Of a stretch of DNA of 15,941 bases, positions 15,892 to 15,941 are shown piece after piece. The position numbers and the translations under genes are program-made. The DNA is from Armatimonadota bacterium (GTDB lineage Bacteria > Armatimonadota > Zipacnadia > Zipacnadales > UBA5352): assembly GCA_034722055.1 (NCBI GenBank), contig JAYENL010000007.1:1-15941 (forward strand), in the 5' to 3' direction. The notes below the pieces were generated by a model that saw only the letters and a list, made by a program, of their open reading frames with translations, had not been told where the DNA came from and searched no databases. Position 1 is the stretch's first letter; every line of letters starts with the position of its first letter.

Positions 15892-15941
15892 TCAGATTGA
15901 GGCTGCGTCCCTGACGCGCAGTTGTGGCAGGCCCAGGTCGG
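15892..15941 (-). CDS. ltrA: C-terminus of group II intron reverse transcriptase/maturase (partial)
   Basis: Reads DLGLPQLRVRDAASI-stop (TGA at 15894-15892), immediately before domain V. LGLPxL is the usual end of class C intron-encoded proteins, which lack an endonuclease domain. Only 15 codons are visible. Confidence 0.75.
   Translation of the reverse strand, partial: DLGLPQLRVRDAASI

Larger units (their letters stand above)
15818..15941 (-). mobile_element. Group II intron, class C (IIC), 3' end; continues beyond the window
   Basis: Minus strand GAACCGCCGTGTACGGACCCGTACGCACGGTGGTGTGACAGGG...CCTATGTCAAT. Contains a 32-nt domain V (15887-15856) with CGC triad and CG bulge, and domain VI (15853-15821). 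Ends in the AY consensus and is preceded by an RT-like ORF end. Confidence 0.93.

Overview
GC-rich bacterial window with ten well-supported complete CDSs. An orphan secreted protein (+, 287-1261) sits behind a sigma70-like promoter. Eight co-oriented minus-strand genes (14167->1278) form a carbohydrate-processing cluster: BNR-4/Asp-box protein, xylose-isomerase-like TIM-barrel isomerase/epimerase, two polysaccharide-deacetylase-fold proteins, a long galactokinase-like GHMP kinase, a secreted beta-rich protein, a secreted F5/8C + alpha/alpha-barrel protein, and a GH84-like protein with a CBM-like tail. A divergent DegT/DnrJ-type PLP aminotransferase follows (+, 14470-15678). The ORF track misses the last 124 nt, which are the 3' end of a minus-strand group IIC intron (RT/maturase C-terminus, domain V, domain VI with bulged A, AAT end). 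Two families of intergenic imperfect-palindrome repeats are present. Family A is a 47-nt GGAG-led REP-like hairpin with two extra shared blocks, in direct orientation at both ends of the window. Family B is a ~55-nt nested hairpin flanking the 5975-7396 gene, with reciprocally swapped outer arms. Several enzymes carry non-canonical active-site motifs, which suggests an unusual (amino)sugar substrate. All family calls are by motif recognition; no searches were run.
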